Positions 1-10,235 of a DNA stretch of 64,000 bases are shown here, piece after piece. Each line of letters opens with the position of its first letter. The first letter of the stretch is position 1. A program made the translations under genes and the position numbers. The notes beneath the pieces are model-generated. The model saw only the letters and a program-made list of their open reading frames with translations. It was not told the origin of the DNA and made no database searches. Origin of the DNA: Candidatus Anderseniibacteriota bacterium (GTDB taxonomy: Bacteria; Patescibacteriota; Andersenbacteria; UBA10190); contig JBBDZC010000008.1 of assembly GCA_040900375.1 (NCBI GenBank), forward strand, positions 2,182 to 66,181, in the 5' to 3' direction.

Positions 1-228
1 AGATGAGAGGTCACAGGGAATGATGAGTGCCACCGGGATGCGAACCTCTGGCTCTGCCCAGCAGTCGTGCCGCCAGCCAGAGCCGAGGAGCGACAAGAGA
101 GCGTCGCCAATTTCAGGTGAATGGATCGCCGGAAGCTGATCAGGTTTGTAACCTTTCAACAGACCGGCACGCTGGATGCGGTGAAGCAGCAGCGTTTGGA
201 CTTCGTTTGGAGAAACGTGCAGGTTCAC
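1..228 (-). CDS. hypothetical protein (5' part; runs off window start)
   Basis: AAGGAGG SD 6 nt before GTG at 228; frame open to position 1 (MNLHVSPNEVQTLLLHRIQ...). Confidence 0.55.
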   Translation of the reverse strand, partial: MNLHVSPNEVQTLLLHRIQRAGLLKGYKPDQLPAIHSPEIGDALLSLLGSGWRHDCWAEPEVRIPVALIIPCDLSS

Positions 229-540
229 TTTCTGCCTCCTTCAAGAAAGGGGTTACACTGGGAAAGGACAACGAACTGTTGAGACTACATTTTTAGGATG
301 CGAGCGTCAAGCAAACAAAGCAACAGTCAATTTGGTTCCAAACCTTTTTGTAAAAATCTGAAAGCAAGTAAAAAATAGAACTAAGCTGGTTGTGGCATTA
401 GCTTAATGTCCCTCAAAAGCCTAATTTCCTCACAAATCTTATCCCAACCATTTCTGACTGCCTCTACCAAAAACCCCGTGTAAATAGCCCCGGCAAAATC
501 CTCAAATGAGTTGGGGGTGTTTTCTATCTGACCACCAGCC

Positions 541-888
541 CTAGGTTTGCGAGAGGGTCATGAGCGAGGGAAGTAGCGCCTGTAGAATGAAGTACCCAAA
601 CAGCGCCAGGAGGATGATGAAGGTAACCAATGACCAATTACGCTGGATGACGCGGAAATTGCACGTGCCATGATAATGCTTTAAGACATAATAGATGGCC
701 CCATCGAAGAACAGAAACGCGAGGGCAACGAGCCACCAGTGGTAGCGATCTTGAATTGCCGCAAAGAAGGCGGCGGCGGTGCCTAAACCTAAGAAGCCCA
801 AGACAACCGCGGAGATGCAGCACGACCACGCAATTAAAGCAGTGCCGATGCCAATCTTAACCCCCGACGAAAGCTTTCCCTGTTCCAT
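541..888 (-). CDS. MerT/MerC-like small membrane protein, putative heavy-metal transporter
   Basis: Three hydrophobic segments, Cys-Cys pair in first TM (WSCCISAVVLGFLGLG); start moved to ATG 888 to avoid overlap with kinase. Confidence 0.5.
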   Translation of the reverse strand: MEQGKLSSGVKIGIGTALIAWSCCISAVVLGFLGLGTAAAFFAAIQDRYHWWLVALAFLFFDGAIYYVLKHYHGTCNFRVIQRNWSLVTFIILLALFGYFILQALLPSLMTLSQT

Positions 889-892
889 AATA

Positions 893-2221
893 TTAAGTTG
901 TTGCCCTTGAAGGATGAATGCCTTTATGGTACGACAAAAGAATCTTTTTCGGCAAATGAATGGTAAAGGTTGATCCTTTCCCAGGCTCACTCGCTACCGT
1001 AATATCTCCTTCGTGGTGTCGGACAATCTCCCGAGAGAAATATAGACCAATACCAAAGCCTTCTGGTTTGGCGATGATGGCTTCATCCGTCCGATAAAAT
1101 TGAGAGAAGAGACGAGAAAAATCCTCTGGGGCAATGCCCATCCCGGTATCTTGTACAGAAAGCAGAACTTCGTCGGGTTGGACCAGCAGCGATATTGTAA
1201 CGGTGCCTCCTGCTTTGGTATATTTCGAGGCATTATCCAAGAGGTTTTTATAGGCGATCAAAATAAGATCCGGATCGATGCGCGCATATACCGCCTGACG
1301 AGGAAGATTCACGACCAGTCGCTGTTGTCGTGACGTTAGAATATCTTGGTATTCCTCAATAAGTTCCTGCAAGATACTTACCAGGTCCAGGTTCTGGGGA
1401 TGTAGCTGCCACTGCTCTGACTGGAACCGCGCCGCCGTGAGCAAGTTGCCGATCATGTGCACGAGTCGTTCATTTGAGCTGGCGGCCACCTGGAGTAACC
1501 GCAACTGTTCTGGCGCCATATTGCAGATTTTACTGTCACGCAACGCTTCAAGCGCGTATTTAATACGGGTCAGAGGTGCTTGAAACTCATGGGAAGTGAC
1601 GTGCATGATTGTTTCCCGCATGTCATCGACTGCCTTAAGGTGTTCATTCATAGTCTTAAGGTATGACGATTTTTTTTCCATTAGTGAGCGCAGTGAACGC
1701 TCGCTCAAGACCTGGGAAGCAAAATACCAAACAAAGACGGCCGTGGCGATCGTGGAGAAGGTAAAGATCGCCAGAATACTTAAGCGCACGCGAAGGGGAA
1801 ACGGCGTGCCGAGCAGGATATAGAAGAACGCCGCTTGCGTCGTGAAGAGGACAATAGCGCTATACTCCGAGATCGGATACTTGAGTCCATCCGCGATAAT
1901 AATGACGAAATAGAGGAACAGAACGAAGATTCCATATTCCCCCATGTGGCTGGCAATGTAGGTAATCAGCACCAGGTAGGCAATATCGCTGGCCATCAGT
2001 ATCGTCTCGTTCATATAAATCTTGGGCAGGAAAACGTAAAGACCAAAGAATCCTACCCCAATAATAAGGGAGAGGAGCAATCCCGTGCTGGTGATATCTA
2101 TCGAGAGTAAGTAGAGAGAAAAGACCAGGGTCACGAAAGAAAGAAGCGCCACCGTCCCTGTAATGCGCTGCACAAATTGTTTGTCAGGTAAGAGGGATGG
2201 CTTGGGTAGGATCGTGAGCAT
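893..2221 (-). CDS. membrane sensor histidine kinase
   Basis: ~6 N-terminal TMs; H-box SHEFQAPL, N-box NLLDNASKY, G1 DTGMGI, F-box, G2 GFGIGL. Confidence 0.93.
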   Translation of the reverse strand: MLTILPKPSLLPDKQFVQRITGTVALLSFVTLVFSLYLLSIDITSTGLLLSLIIGVGFFGLYVFLPKIYMNETILMASDIAYLVLITYIASHMGEYGIFVLFLYFVIIIADGLKYPISEYSAIVLFTTQAAFFYILLGTPFPLRVRLSILAIFTFSTIATAVFVWYFASQVLSERSLRSLMEKKSSYLKTMNEHLKAVDDMRETIMHVTSHEFQAPLTRIKYALEALRDSKICNMAPEQLRLLQVAASSNERLVHMIGNLLTAARFQSEQWQLHPQNLDLVSILQELIEEYQDILTSRQQRLVVNLPRQAVYARIDPDLILIAYKNLLDNASKYTKAGGTVTISLLVQPDEVLLSVQDTGMGIAPEDFSRLFSQFYRTDEAIIAKPEGFGIGLYFSREIVRHHEGDITVASEPGKGSTFTIHLPKKILLSYHKGIHPSRATT

Positions 2222-2301
2222 GTTGCTCCAGTGTAGCAAAATTTTCTATCGATAACGAACCCATCACGATAGTTTGAGCCCTTCGGGTCTACTGCATAAT
2301 T

Positions 2302-2331
2302 AAAAAGACCGTAGGGGGAGAACCTACGGTC
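2302..2331 (-). terminator. intrinsic terminator after ANTAR regulator
   Basis: GACCGTAGG/CCTACGGTC hairpin followed by T-run on minus strand. Confidence 0.7.
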
Positions 2332-2381
2332 AGTCGTCTGAATACCAGGAGAGTGAAACCACCAGGTATTATTCTTTGGCG

Positions 2382-2987
2382 TCAGGCGCCATTAGGCCAT
2401 AAGGCCTCGAAACCAGCGATGATTTCCGCGGCGAGAGCGGCCACTTTGACTTGGCGCTTGCGGGCGGCCGTGTGCAGTCGTTGATAGGCCGTCGCTTCAT
2501 CGAGACCAGCCTTCTTCATGATCAAGCCCTTGGCGCGCTCGATAATTTTTCGCTCGGTGAGTGCTTGGCGCGCCTCGGCCGACTCTTGCTGGGATTGCTG
2601 CAACTGCTCAAAGCGGGCGACGGCATAAGCCATGACTGCTTGCAGCTGTTCCAGACGAATCGGCTTAACGAGATAGCCCATGGCCTGGGTGGCCACGCCT
2701 TGCTTGATCATCTCTTCGTCACCGCGGCCCGAAAGAATAATGATCGGCAGAGGTTTGTGCTCGTAAATTTGGTGCGCGGCCTCAAGGCCGTTCATGTCAG
2801 GCATCATGATATCGGTCACCACGACATCAGGGTCGGTTTCCAGGGCCTGGGCAATAAGATCGTGGCCGTTCGTGGCGGCCCCGACTACTTCATAGCCGGC
2901 GGCACGCAACAAGTGGCACAAGAGGTCGCGGATGTCCTCTTCATCATCGGCACAGACAACGCGGAGACGTCGTTTATCAGGTGGCAT
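2382..2987 (-). CDS. response regulator with C-terminal ANTAR RNA-binding domain (PdtaR/NasT-like)
   Basis: REC motifs ADD, TDIMMPDMNG, YLVKP; ANTAR motif RKIIERAKGLIM...DEATAYQRL...AR. Confidence 0.92.
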   Translation of the reverse strand: MPPDKRRLRVVCADDEEDIRDLLCHLLRAAGYEVVGAATNGHDLIAQALETDPDVVVTDIMMPDMNGLEAAHQIYEHKPLPIIILSGRGDEEMIKQGVATQAMGYLVKPIRLEQLQAVMAYAVARFEQLQQSQQESAEARQALTERKIIERAKGLIMKKAGLDEATAYQRLHTAARKRQVKVAALAAEIIAGFEALWPNGA

Positions 2988-3160
2988 ATCTTAGTTTTCC
3001 TGTTGGCAAAGGACACCCTGGGTTGTAGGGGAAGCCGCTATTAGCTAGCCCCGCTCATGTAAAATTGTAGCTCCATGATAACAATAAAGCAACGCATGTC
3101 CCGTGCGGAGCCGACGGTTTTATGCTATACTGCCAGCTAATAATCCTTATATTCCTGATC

Positions 3161-3424
3161 ATGGAAGATTCGACGCGCGGCGCCCTCGTGCTGGGTGCGA
3201 TGGGCTGGACCATTATCAGTATTGCCGTCTTCGTGCTGGTAATTTTACTCTATTTCTCGTGGATTGGTTCCCACTTAAGCGCTTCGCTTTTAGGCAGAGA
3301 TGGTAATCAGCGCGGTACCACTCCCGCGGCAGAACACTTGCAGAAAATTTGTGTTACGGCGCGCGCGCAATGTGCTCAGCGCGATCAGCAAATGTGTGAG
3401 GCATACGCCGCTCACTGTCTTTGA
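3161..3424 (+). CDS. small membrane-anchored protein with C-terminal Cys cluster
   Basis: One TM followed by four Cys; ORF track 3122..3424, ATG 3161 preferred. Confidence 0.5.
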   Translation: MEDSTRGALVLGAMGWTIISIAVFVLVILLYFSWIGSHLSASLLGRDGNQRGTTPAAEHLQKICVTARAQCAQRDQQMCEAYAAHCL

Positions 3425-3442
3425 GCGCCCGGCCGAGTAATC

Positions 3443-5365
3443 TTAAGCAGGCGCTGGCTGGGTGGAAGGGCGGGGATGGTCAAGTGTCAAATTTTTCTCG
3501 GGGGCTGCGGCGCGCGCGGCATCATCACTCATTAACTGTTGAAATTCCACCTGTTCAATTGTTTCTTTTTCAATCAGCGTGCGGGCGATGAGTTCCAGTT
3601 TGCTGTTGTACCGCTGCAGAATTTCTCGGGCTTTTTCGCGGGCCGTGGCTAGTAGTTTTAAGATCTGCTCGTCAATTTTCGCGGCGGTTGATTCAGAATA
3701 ATTGCGCGCCTCGTGGAGTTCTTTGCCGAGAAAAATATATTCATCTTTCTGGCCAAATGTGACGGGGCCTAAATCCGACATGCCAAATTCAGTCACAATC
3801 CGGCGGGCTAAATTGGTTGCTTTCTTTAAATCGTTACTAGCGCCGGTGGTGATTTCTTGGAATTTATGGAACTCGGCCACGTAGCCGCCCATGAGGGTCG
3901 CTAACTCGCCGTAGAACTGGCTGCGGGTGTGCAGGTGCCGGTCTTCTTCGGGTAACTTGAGCGTGTAGCCGCCAGCATGGCCCCGGGCGATAATTGAGAT
4001 TTTGCGCACGGGGTCGGTGTGCGGCATATGGTAGGCCACCACTGCGTGGCCCGCTTCGTGGAATGCCGTGACAGCTTTTTCGTGGGGAGAGAGTACCTTG
4101 CTGCGCTTTTCTGGTCCTAAGAGCACTTTTTCAATGCTCTCGGCGAGGTTAACCTGGGTAACACTTTCTTGATCTCGCCGCGATGCTAAAATTGCTGCTT
4201 CATTAATGAGGTTTGCGAGATCAGCGCCCGAGAATCCGGGAGTCCGTTCAGCAATATTACGCAAATTAACTTCGGGGGAGAGTGGAACTTTACGAATATG
4301 GATCTTCAAGATCGCTTCACGCTCTTTAATGTCGGGTAGTTCCATTACCACTTGACGATCAAAACGCCCGGGGCGCAAGAGAGCGGGATCTAAGACATCA
4401 GGACGATTAGTGGCGGCTAACACAATCACATTGTCGGTCTGCTCAAAGCCATCCATCTCGACCAAAATTTGATTGAGTGTTTGCTCACGTTCATCGTGCC
4501 CGCCACCTAAGCCTGCGCCCCGCTGCCGGCCCACGGCATCCAACTCATCAATAAAAAGGATAGCGGGGGAATTACGCTTCACTTTGCGGAATAAATCTCG
4601 TACCCGGGAAGCGCCGACGCCCACAAACATTTCCACAAAATCAGAGCCGGAAATGCTAAAGAACGGTACGCTCGCCTCACCGGCAACCGCCCGGGCCATG
4701 AGCGTCTTACCGGTACCAGGAGGGCCAACCAGAAGTACGCCTTTGGGGATGCGCGCACCTAAACGTAGAAACTTCTGGGGGGTCTTTAAGAATTCCACCA
4801 CTTCCTGGAGTTCATTCTTGGCTTCCTCGTTCCCCGCCACATCGTGAAACATGGTGCGCTTTTTACCTTTTTCGGCATCAATGGGGCGAGAGGTCATCTG
4901 CCCAAAAGAAAGTGCGCGATTAGAAGCGCTCTGGGCACTGCGCATCATAAACCACAAAAAGCCGCCGAGTAGTAGGAAAGGTAGGAGCAGTGGCACTAAC
5001 GTCGAAAACCAGAAGCCTACACCGGAGGGTTTTTGGACAGTTAATTTAAGGTTACGCAGTTGCTCTTCGGTCACCCCGAGATTACGAAGAGTTTCGGTTA
5101 CCGAGACATCGCTCTCTTTCTGGGTAATGAGCTTCGTCGGCGAGTTATTGAGGGTCGCGGCTAACTCTTCTTGCTTAACTTCAATACTCTCCACATGACC
5201 AGCCTGGATTTCCTGAACAACTTTAGAGAGGCTGACCGCTTCGGTTTTTTCCAGAGGCCGGCCATAGAGCGCCACCAGGGAGGTGATGGTTAAGAGCACG
5301 AGTAAGACAATGCCAATATTTTTGAGAAAGTTATCTTTACCCATAGGGGAGAAAAAAGATGCCAT
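3443..5365 (-). CDS. ftsH: ATP-dependent zinc metalloprotease FtsH
   Basis: 2 TMs, Walker A GPPGTGKT, Walker [23 protein letters not shown] zinc motif. Confidence 0.98.
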   Translation of the reverse strand: MASFFSPMGKDNFLKNIGIVLLVLLTITSLVALYGRPLEKTEAVSLSKVVQEIQAGHVESIEVKQEELAATLNNSPTKLITQKESDVSVTETLRNLGVTEEQLRNLKLTVQKPSGVGFWFSTLVPLLLPFLLLGGFLWFMMRSAQSASNRALSFGQMTSRPIDAEKGKKRTMFHDVAGNEEAKNELQEVVEFLKTPQKFLRLGARIPKGVLLVGPPGTGKTLMARAVAGEASVPFFSISGSDFVEMFVGVGASRVRDLFRKVKRNSPAILFIDELDAVGRQRGAGLGGGHDEREQTLNQILVEMDGFEQTDNVIVLAATNRPDVLDPALLRPGRFDRQVVMELPDIKEREAILKIHIRKVPLSPEVNLRNIAERTPGFSGADLANLINEAAILASRRDQESVTQVNLAESIEKVLLGPEKRSKVLSPHEKAVTAFHEAGHAVVAYHMPHTDPVRKISIIARGHAGGYTLKLPEEDRHLHTRSQFYGELATLMGGYVAEFHKFQEITTGASNDLKKATNLARRIVTEFGMSDLGPVTFGQKDEYIFLGKELHEARNYSESTAAKIDEQILKLLATAREKAREILQRYNSKLELIARTLIEKETIEQVEFQQLMSDDAARAAAPEKNLTLDHPRPSTQPAPA

Positions 5366-5545
5366 ATAATAAGGTAATCAATAGTTATAACCTTGTGGTA
5401 TGCTACCACATTCTAACCAAGATGAAAGTTTATGCGTTATCATGAGAGTGTGTCGAGGATGCCTAAAAAATAGTTAAAAATCAAGAGGTATCGAACAAGA
5501 AAATGGTTACCGCTGGTAATGAAGCGTCTATCCCTCTCGGCTTGG

Positions 5546-6166
5546 TTATTCGCCTTCGTACTCAAAATGAGCCTCAATTTTCACGGGGTGGAAGTACTGC
5601 AACTGCCCAACCGGGCCAATACCTGCCTCGTAAATAGCGGAACGATTGGTCCACTGGTCAGGAATAATGCCCTGTTCATCAGCAATACGGGCTAACTGTT
5701 TAATCCACCCAGCATGGGTAATGCAGCAGATTCTAAGCTTGGCATAGCGAAGAGCGAATTCGCGGAGCGCGTAGCGCACACGCTGGCGCACGTCCTCATC
5801 ATTCTCTCCGCCGAAGGTGCGAAAGTCAAAGGTATCCTTGCCGCGTTGCTCCTGGAAGGTGAGTGGCACTTCTGTCCAGAGCATGCCCTCGTAGTACCCC
5901 ATGGCTTTTTCCCGCAAGAGCGGTGACATGCCTTCTTTGAGTGATTCTTGCAGCAAGAAATTCTTTAAGACAGTACGCGTGGCGATCGCGCGCCCGAGAT
6001 CGGAAGAGAGTAAGACATCAATTTTTTTTTCCCGCAGCAAGGGGGTGAGCGCAGCTAGGTACCGCTCTGTTTCCGAAATTAGCAAGGTGCCTGGGCGTTG
6101 TCCCTGGATTCTGCCTTCTTTGTTTTCAAGGGTCGGTCCGTGGCGAATAAAAAACACTGTCGTCAT
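5546..6166 (-). CDS. histidine phosphatase (phosphoglycerate mutase family)
   Basis: RHG motif, SSDLGRA, GGE, THAG. Confidence 0.9.
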   Translation of the reverse strand: MTTVFFIRHGPTLENKEGRIQGQRPGTLLISETERYLAALTPLLREKKIDVLLSSDLGRAIATRTVLKNFLLQESLKEGMSPLLREKAMGYYEGMLWTEVPLTFQEQRGKDTFDFRTFGGENDEDVRQRVRYALREFALRYAKLRICCITHAGWIKQLARIADEQGIIPDQWTNRSAIYEAGIGPVGQLQYFHPVKIEAHFEYEGE

Positions 6167-6478
6167 GGGACTATTGTACAGAGTATGCGCTACTTAACCA
6201 ATAATTAAGAGTCAAGGATTAGTCTGGCGATCTCTAAATATAAGAGATGTACGTTAGTGTAAAGAAACAGAGCAATACCGTTCTTGACTGGTTACGAACG
6301 TACATTACCCTATTTTTATGGGCGAAAAACGAATAACTGTTACTGAAAAAACCCAGATTTTTAAAGATGAGACATGAAGGTTAAAGCACCATACAACATG
6401 TGTCGCATTTGTTTAACGAAAGGCAATGATTATTTTAATCTCATTACCGCTACAATAAAATCGATCAGTAATAATTTT

Positions 6479-6553
6479 GTCCCCATAGCTCAACGGACAG
6501 AGCTACGGACTCCTAAGCCGTAGATGCAGGTTCGACTCCTGCTGGGGGCACCA
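6479..6553 (+). tRNA. tRNA-Arg(CCT), CCA encoded
   Basis: Cloverleaf with GTCCCCA/TGGGGGC acceptor stem, anticodon loop CT-CCT-AA, GGTTCGACTCC T-arm. Confidence 0.93.
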
Positions 6554-6568
6554 GTAGTAACTTTTTGA

Positions 6569-6787
6569 AAATCAAGAGAATGGAGCGATTTTGTCGGAAA
6601 ACTGCGGAAAGCTCGCCTTGAAGCAGGTTTGCGACAGATAGATATCGCCAAAAAGTTGAAGCGCACGCAATCGCAATCGTATGTGTCCCGTGTCGAGGTT
6701 GGTGAACAGAGGCTAGACATACTAGAATTAAAGAAATTTTCCGACTTATACAAATACAAAAAAGATTTACATTATTTTATCAAATAG
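6569..6787 (+). pseudogene. start-less XRE-family HTH regulator
   Basis: Frame ...LRKARLEAGLRQIDIAKKLKRTQSQSYVSRVEVGEQRLDILELKKF..., in-frame TGA at 6566 and no ATG; two 6-bp duplications. Confidence 0.65.
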
Positions 6788-6846
6788 CAAAATTAAGTTG
6801 TACACTTGCTACATATTTATTAACTTAACGTGGTATAATAAAAAAT

Positions 6847-7404
6847 ATGAACGAATTTCTTAAGAAAAACTTTGCCATACTACTTGCTTTTATATTGCCG
6901 GTCGCACTAATAGCTATCATTGCTTTGAGTACTTATCTTCCGTCACTTTTTCTCTCCACCAATTATAACTTTATCTATTCATCTTGCACTGATGGTACGA
7001 ATTATTACTATTCATATCGTTGCGACAATTACCTCCAAAAACGCTACTCGGTTGTAAATAACAAATTGGTTGCCAATGCCGTTGATCCAAATCAAGATAC
7101 TGCCCGTATTTTCTTGCATGACACAAAAAAGAACGAGAGCAGAGAGATTACTTTAGAGGAAGCGCAGACACTTTCTCTCAACAGCCTCTTAACTTCTCCT
7201 GACGGAATTACAGTTTCAAGTTACTACGATAGAAATAATGACGGTGACTTCTTCTTTATTTTCGGTGGAGGTTCCTCATCTTATGGTTACTATCTTACAA
7301 AAGGAAAAAGTAGGAGCAAACTCAATCTTATAAATCGCGATGATCAGTATGATTACCGAGACAATTTCCAATTTGTTGGTTGGGTATTGCCCGGAAGAAA
7401 TTAA
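6847..7404 (+). CDS. membrane-anchored hypothetical protein
   Basis: N-terminal TM; AT-rich ORF preceded by extended -10 TGGTATAAT. Confidence 0.8.
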   Translation: MNEFLKKNFAILLAFILPVALIAIIALSTYLPSLFLSTNYNFIYSSCTDGTNYYYSYRCDNYLQKRYSVVNNKLVANAVDPNQDTARIFLHDTKKNESREITLEEAQTLSLNSLLTSPDGITVSSYYDRNNDGDFFFIFGGGSSSYGYYLTKGKSRSKLNLINRDDQYDYRDNFQFVGWVLPGRN

Positions 7405-7418
7405 CCCCAAATATTTTT

Positions 7419-8399
7419 ATGAGTAAAGAAGAATTGCTACAAGAGCTTTCTACAAAAATAAGTACCGGTGAGATAAGTCGTGAAGAGGTGGTAAGTCGGC
7501 TAAGTTTGGCACCAGTAGCGCAAAGAACAGAAGTAGAGAGTGCGAATAAATCATCGCAATTTTCCGTAACAAAAATGCTATATGTTTTGGGAGCAGCTAT
7601 TGTGATTATTGGTATTGTTATTTTTGTCCATCAAATTTGGGACGACATCGGATCGTTTGGTCGCATATTAGTTACGCTTGGCCTCGGTCTTCTCATTGCA
7701 GCCATTGGATCGTTACTGCTTAAACAAAAACCAGAAGATACTATCGGAACAATTTTTCATTTCATTGGTGGCGTGTTGATTCCTGGAGGTGCCGTGGTAG
7801 CTCTTTCCGAACTTAGCACTCGTGGCGATTGGACAACCGCAATTACATTCGGTGTTATATTCGCATTTTATTTATTGCTAAACGCTATCCATAAAAATGC
7901 TGTTTTAACTTTTTTCACAATTGCAAATGGAACAGCCACTGTTTATCTCATCCTTAATGCAGTTGTTGGAGGTCCGTTCGAGGGATGGTTTGAAATAAAA
8001 GATATATATCAATATTTAACTATGGCCATGGGCGCGAGTTATCTCTTGCTCGCACATGCTTTCCGTGATGGTTGGAACAAGAAACTGATCAGAGTTCTTT
8101 ATTTCTTCGGTATCACTGGTTTTCTTGGGGCTGCGTTTTCACAAGTATTCGATTCAGTTCCTTGGCAAATGCTCTACTTTATTATTGTAATCGGTGGTCT
8201 TGCATTGTCAGTGTATATGAGAAGTCGCAGTATTTTGGTTATGAGCACTCTCTTTCTTATTGCTCATGTCTCATATATCACAAGCGAGTATTTTGCAAAT
8301 TCGCTTGGTTGGCCAATTTCTCTCGTCATTCTCGGTTTTGTATTTATTGGACTTGGATATATTTCAATCAATATTAATAAAAAATATATCGCAAATTAA
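7419..8399 (+). CDS. multi-pass membrane protein (DUF2157-like)
   Basis: ~9 TMs; LYVLGAAIVIIGIVIFVHQIWD pattern typical of DUF2157. Confidence 0.75.
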   Translation: MSKEELLQELSTKISTGEISREEVVSRLSLAPVAQRTEVESANKSSQFSVTKMLYVLGAAIVIIGIVIFVHQIWDDIGSFGRILVTLGLGLLIAAIGSLLLKQKPEDTIGTIFHFIGGVLIPGGAVVALSELSTRGDWTTAITFGVIFAFYLLLNAIHKNAVLTFFTIANGTATVYLILNAVVGGPFEGWFEIKDIYQYLTMAMGASYLLLAHAFRDGWNKKLIRVLYFFGITGFLGAAFSQVFDSVPWQMLYFIIVIGGLALSVYMRSRSILVMSTLFLIAHVSYITSEYFANSLGWPISLVILGFVFIGLGYISININKKYIAN

Positions 8400-9009
8400 A
8401 TTTGCGTGATTCTAATTGGGGAGCAATCCCCGCCGTTTTATGATATCGCCTAAAAACGGCGGGGATTTGTGTGCGCACTGGGCGGACGGGGCAAGCACAA
8501 TACAAATTTGTACCGCGACCGAAGGGAGCGGACGGGGCCGCGCATTAGTTCTTGCCCTCGAAAAAGGTTCGAGCAAAGTGTATGATTACAGCACCACAGA
8601 TCCAAAAAGCCGGTTGGGTTAAATTATGGCTTATTTAAGGCTATTTAATAGGATTACCGTAGCCAGATATTGACATTTAGTAAAATATATGATAGTATAG
8701 CAAGTTACTAGATCGCCACTTAAAGTGGCAAGAAGCCCGGTAAAGCTAGAGCCTTGAAGCTTAAAATCACTAGATTTTTCCTTAACGCTCTGTCTTGACC
8801 CTCCTACACTGTCGGTCATTCACAACTCCATACACTAAAGACGCGGCGCACCCTACCCGGGATTAAAGACCCGTAAAGTGCGGCGCATGGTCTTACAGTG
8901 GCATGGCTAAAGTAAATCCTTTGGCCTTCCACCTATGGCGGTACACATAGTTATCTATGTGGTCGCCATTAGTGGGAGCTGCCCTAAAATTTTTACAATG
9001 GAGTAAGAC

Positions 9010-9210
9010 ATGAATGCCTACCAGTATCTGCTCGTGCTCTATCATGCTCATGAAAAAGCGTGTCGCTCCCAGCAGGACGTGGACTGGGCCAGGCTGAAGC
9101 GCGTGCTCCGGCTCAAACACAGATGTTGCCCCGGAACAAAATTGCCGGGAGTGCGCGAAATAGCGCGCGAGTGGGCCGAAAAATGTCACGCTCTGCATCG
9201 AAAAAAATGA
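9010..9210 (+). CDS. small hypothetical protein
   Basis: GGAG SD 6 nt upstream; followed by hairpin 9218-9246. Confidence 0.5.
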   Translation: MNAYQYLLVLYHAHEKACRSQQDVDWARLKRVLRLKHRCCPGTKLPGVREIAREWAEKCHALHRKK

Positions 9211-9358
9211 CCATTAGGGAGACAACAACATTGTCTGTCTCCTTTCTCTACGACTGTCGATTAAGTAAAGTCGCTAGTCGTGGGGGGATCACGGCCTAAA
9301 AGCACTACGCTTTCGCAAAGGCCAATTGGCGCATACTTTACGGCATAAGGAGTGCGAC

Positions 9359-9556
9359 ATGAATGATCCTTGGTGGAAAAAAGTATTGTCCGCCACCGCA
9401 GCGCTGGTGTTGACGTCGAGCCTCGTGCTGGGCATTAAAGCGAGCCTACTCTGGCTTGAGACCGAGTCTCTAACTATGCTACACATGGGAGGCTTACTAC
9501 TCGTCAGTGGCCTAGCTTTCCTGGTAAGCCTTTGGCACCCGGGGAGGAAAGACTAA
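9359..9556 (+). CDS. small 2-TM membrane protein
   Basis: AAGGAG SD; two hydrophobic helices. Confidence 0.6.
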   Translation: MNDPWWKKVLSATAALVLTSSLVLGIKASLLWLETESLTMLHMGGLLLVSGLAFLVSLWHPGRKD

Positions 9557-9567
9557 GGAGAAGTCAC

Positions 9568-9636
9568 ATGGATACCCTTGCGTTGGTTGTGATTGCGTTT
9601 ATGCTGCTGCTGGTATCTGTCCCCATCAGGGCATGA
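9568..9636 (+). CDS. 22-aa hydrophobic peptide
   Basis: TAAGGAG SD overlapping previous stop; MDTLALVVIAFMLLLVSVPIRA. Confidence 0.4.
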   Translation: MDTLALVVIAFMLLLVSVPIRA

Positions 9637-9737
9637 AAAGCTGGCTGCGGTTAAAACGATGGCGACAGCAACGACAGCGGCAGCGCCGGCAACAAGCTGG
9701 CATGCACGTGGTCGCAAATGACAGCCAGCGATCATAG
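9633..9737 (+). CDS. 34-aa Arg/Gln-rich peptide
   Basis: ATGA overlap with previous ORF; MKSWLRLKRWRQQRQRQRRQQ... Confidence 0.35.
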   Translation: MKSWLRLKRWRQQRQRQRRQQAGMHVVANDSQRS

Positions 9738-9764
9738 TGTTCTCTGGCCAAAGTTCACCTTTGC

Positions 9765-9817
9765 AGCGAAGCAGTGATCTTCTTAAATCAAGAAGTCACC
9801 TCTTCGCTGTTTTTTTG
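9765..9817 (+). terminator. long intrinsic terminator
   Basis: CAGCGAAG...CTTCGCTG stem followed by T-run. Confidence 0.65.
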
Positions 9818-9866
9818 TAGATGTAAAAAAGGTGACTTACTGAAAGTCACCGTACAAGCTAACCCG

Positions 9867-10145
9867 TTATTCCTTCAGCACAGTGAAATTACTGCGCAGT
9901 GACAGTACATAACTGGCGTGTTGTTGACTGAAGAGAACTACTTTTTTTCGCCATTGCCATGCTATACCTGCCTCACCTTTTTGTCGGCCAACGCTGCGCG
10001 GATCTAGCACCTCATGCTTCTGCAGCACTATCCTGGCAAGTGGCGAGTGAATATGGCACATCTGGGGAGCATCAATGTTATACAGCACGATAGGTAGTTC
10101 GGGATCAAGTCCCTCTAGCGCGAGGCGTAGTTCCTGTACAGTCAC
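9867..10145 (-). CDS. hypothetical protein
   Basis: GGAG SD, GTG start, MTVQELRLALEGLDPELPIV N-terminus; terminator hairpin 9825-9851. Confidence 0.6.
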   Translation of the reverse strand: MTVQELRLALEGLDPELPIVLYNIDAPQMCHIHSPLARIVLQKHEVLDPRSVGRQKGEAGIAWQWRKKVVLFSQQHASYVLSLRSNFTVLKE

Positions 10146-10235
10146 ATCTGGTCTCCACTAGTAAGCAGGGATAAGATCACCCAAAGAGCAATCAGCTTTT
10201 TAAGCTATCATGAGTGAAGCGATGCCTGCAACGAT

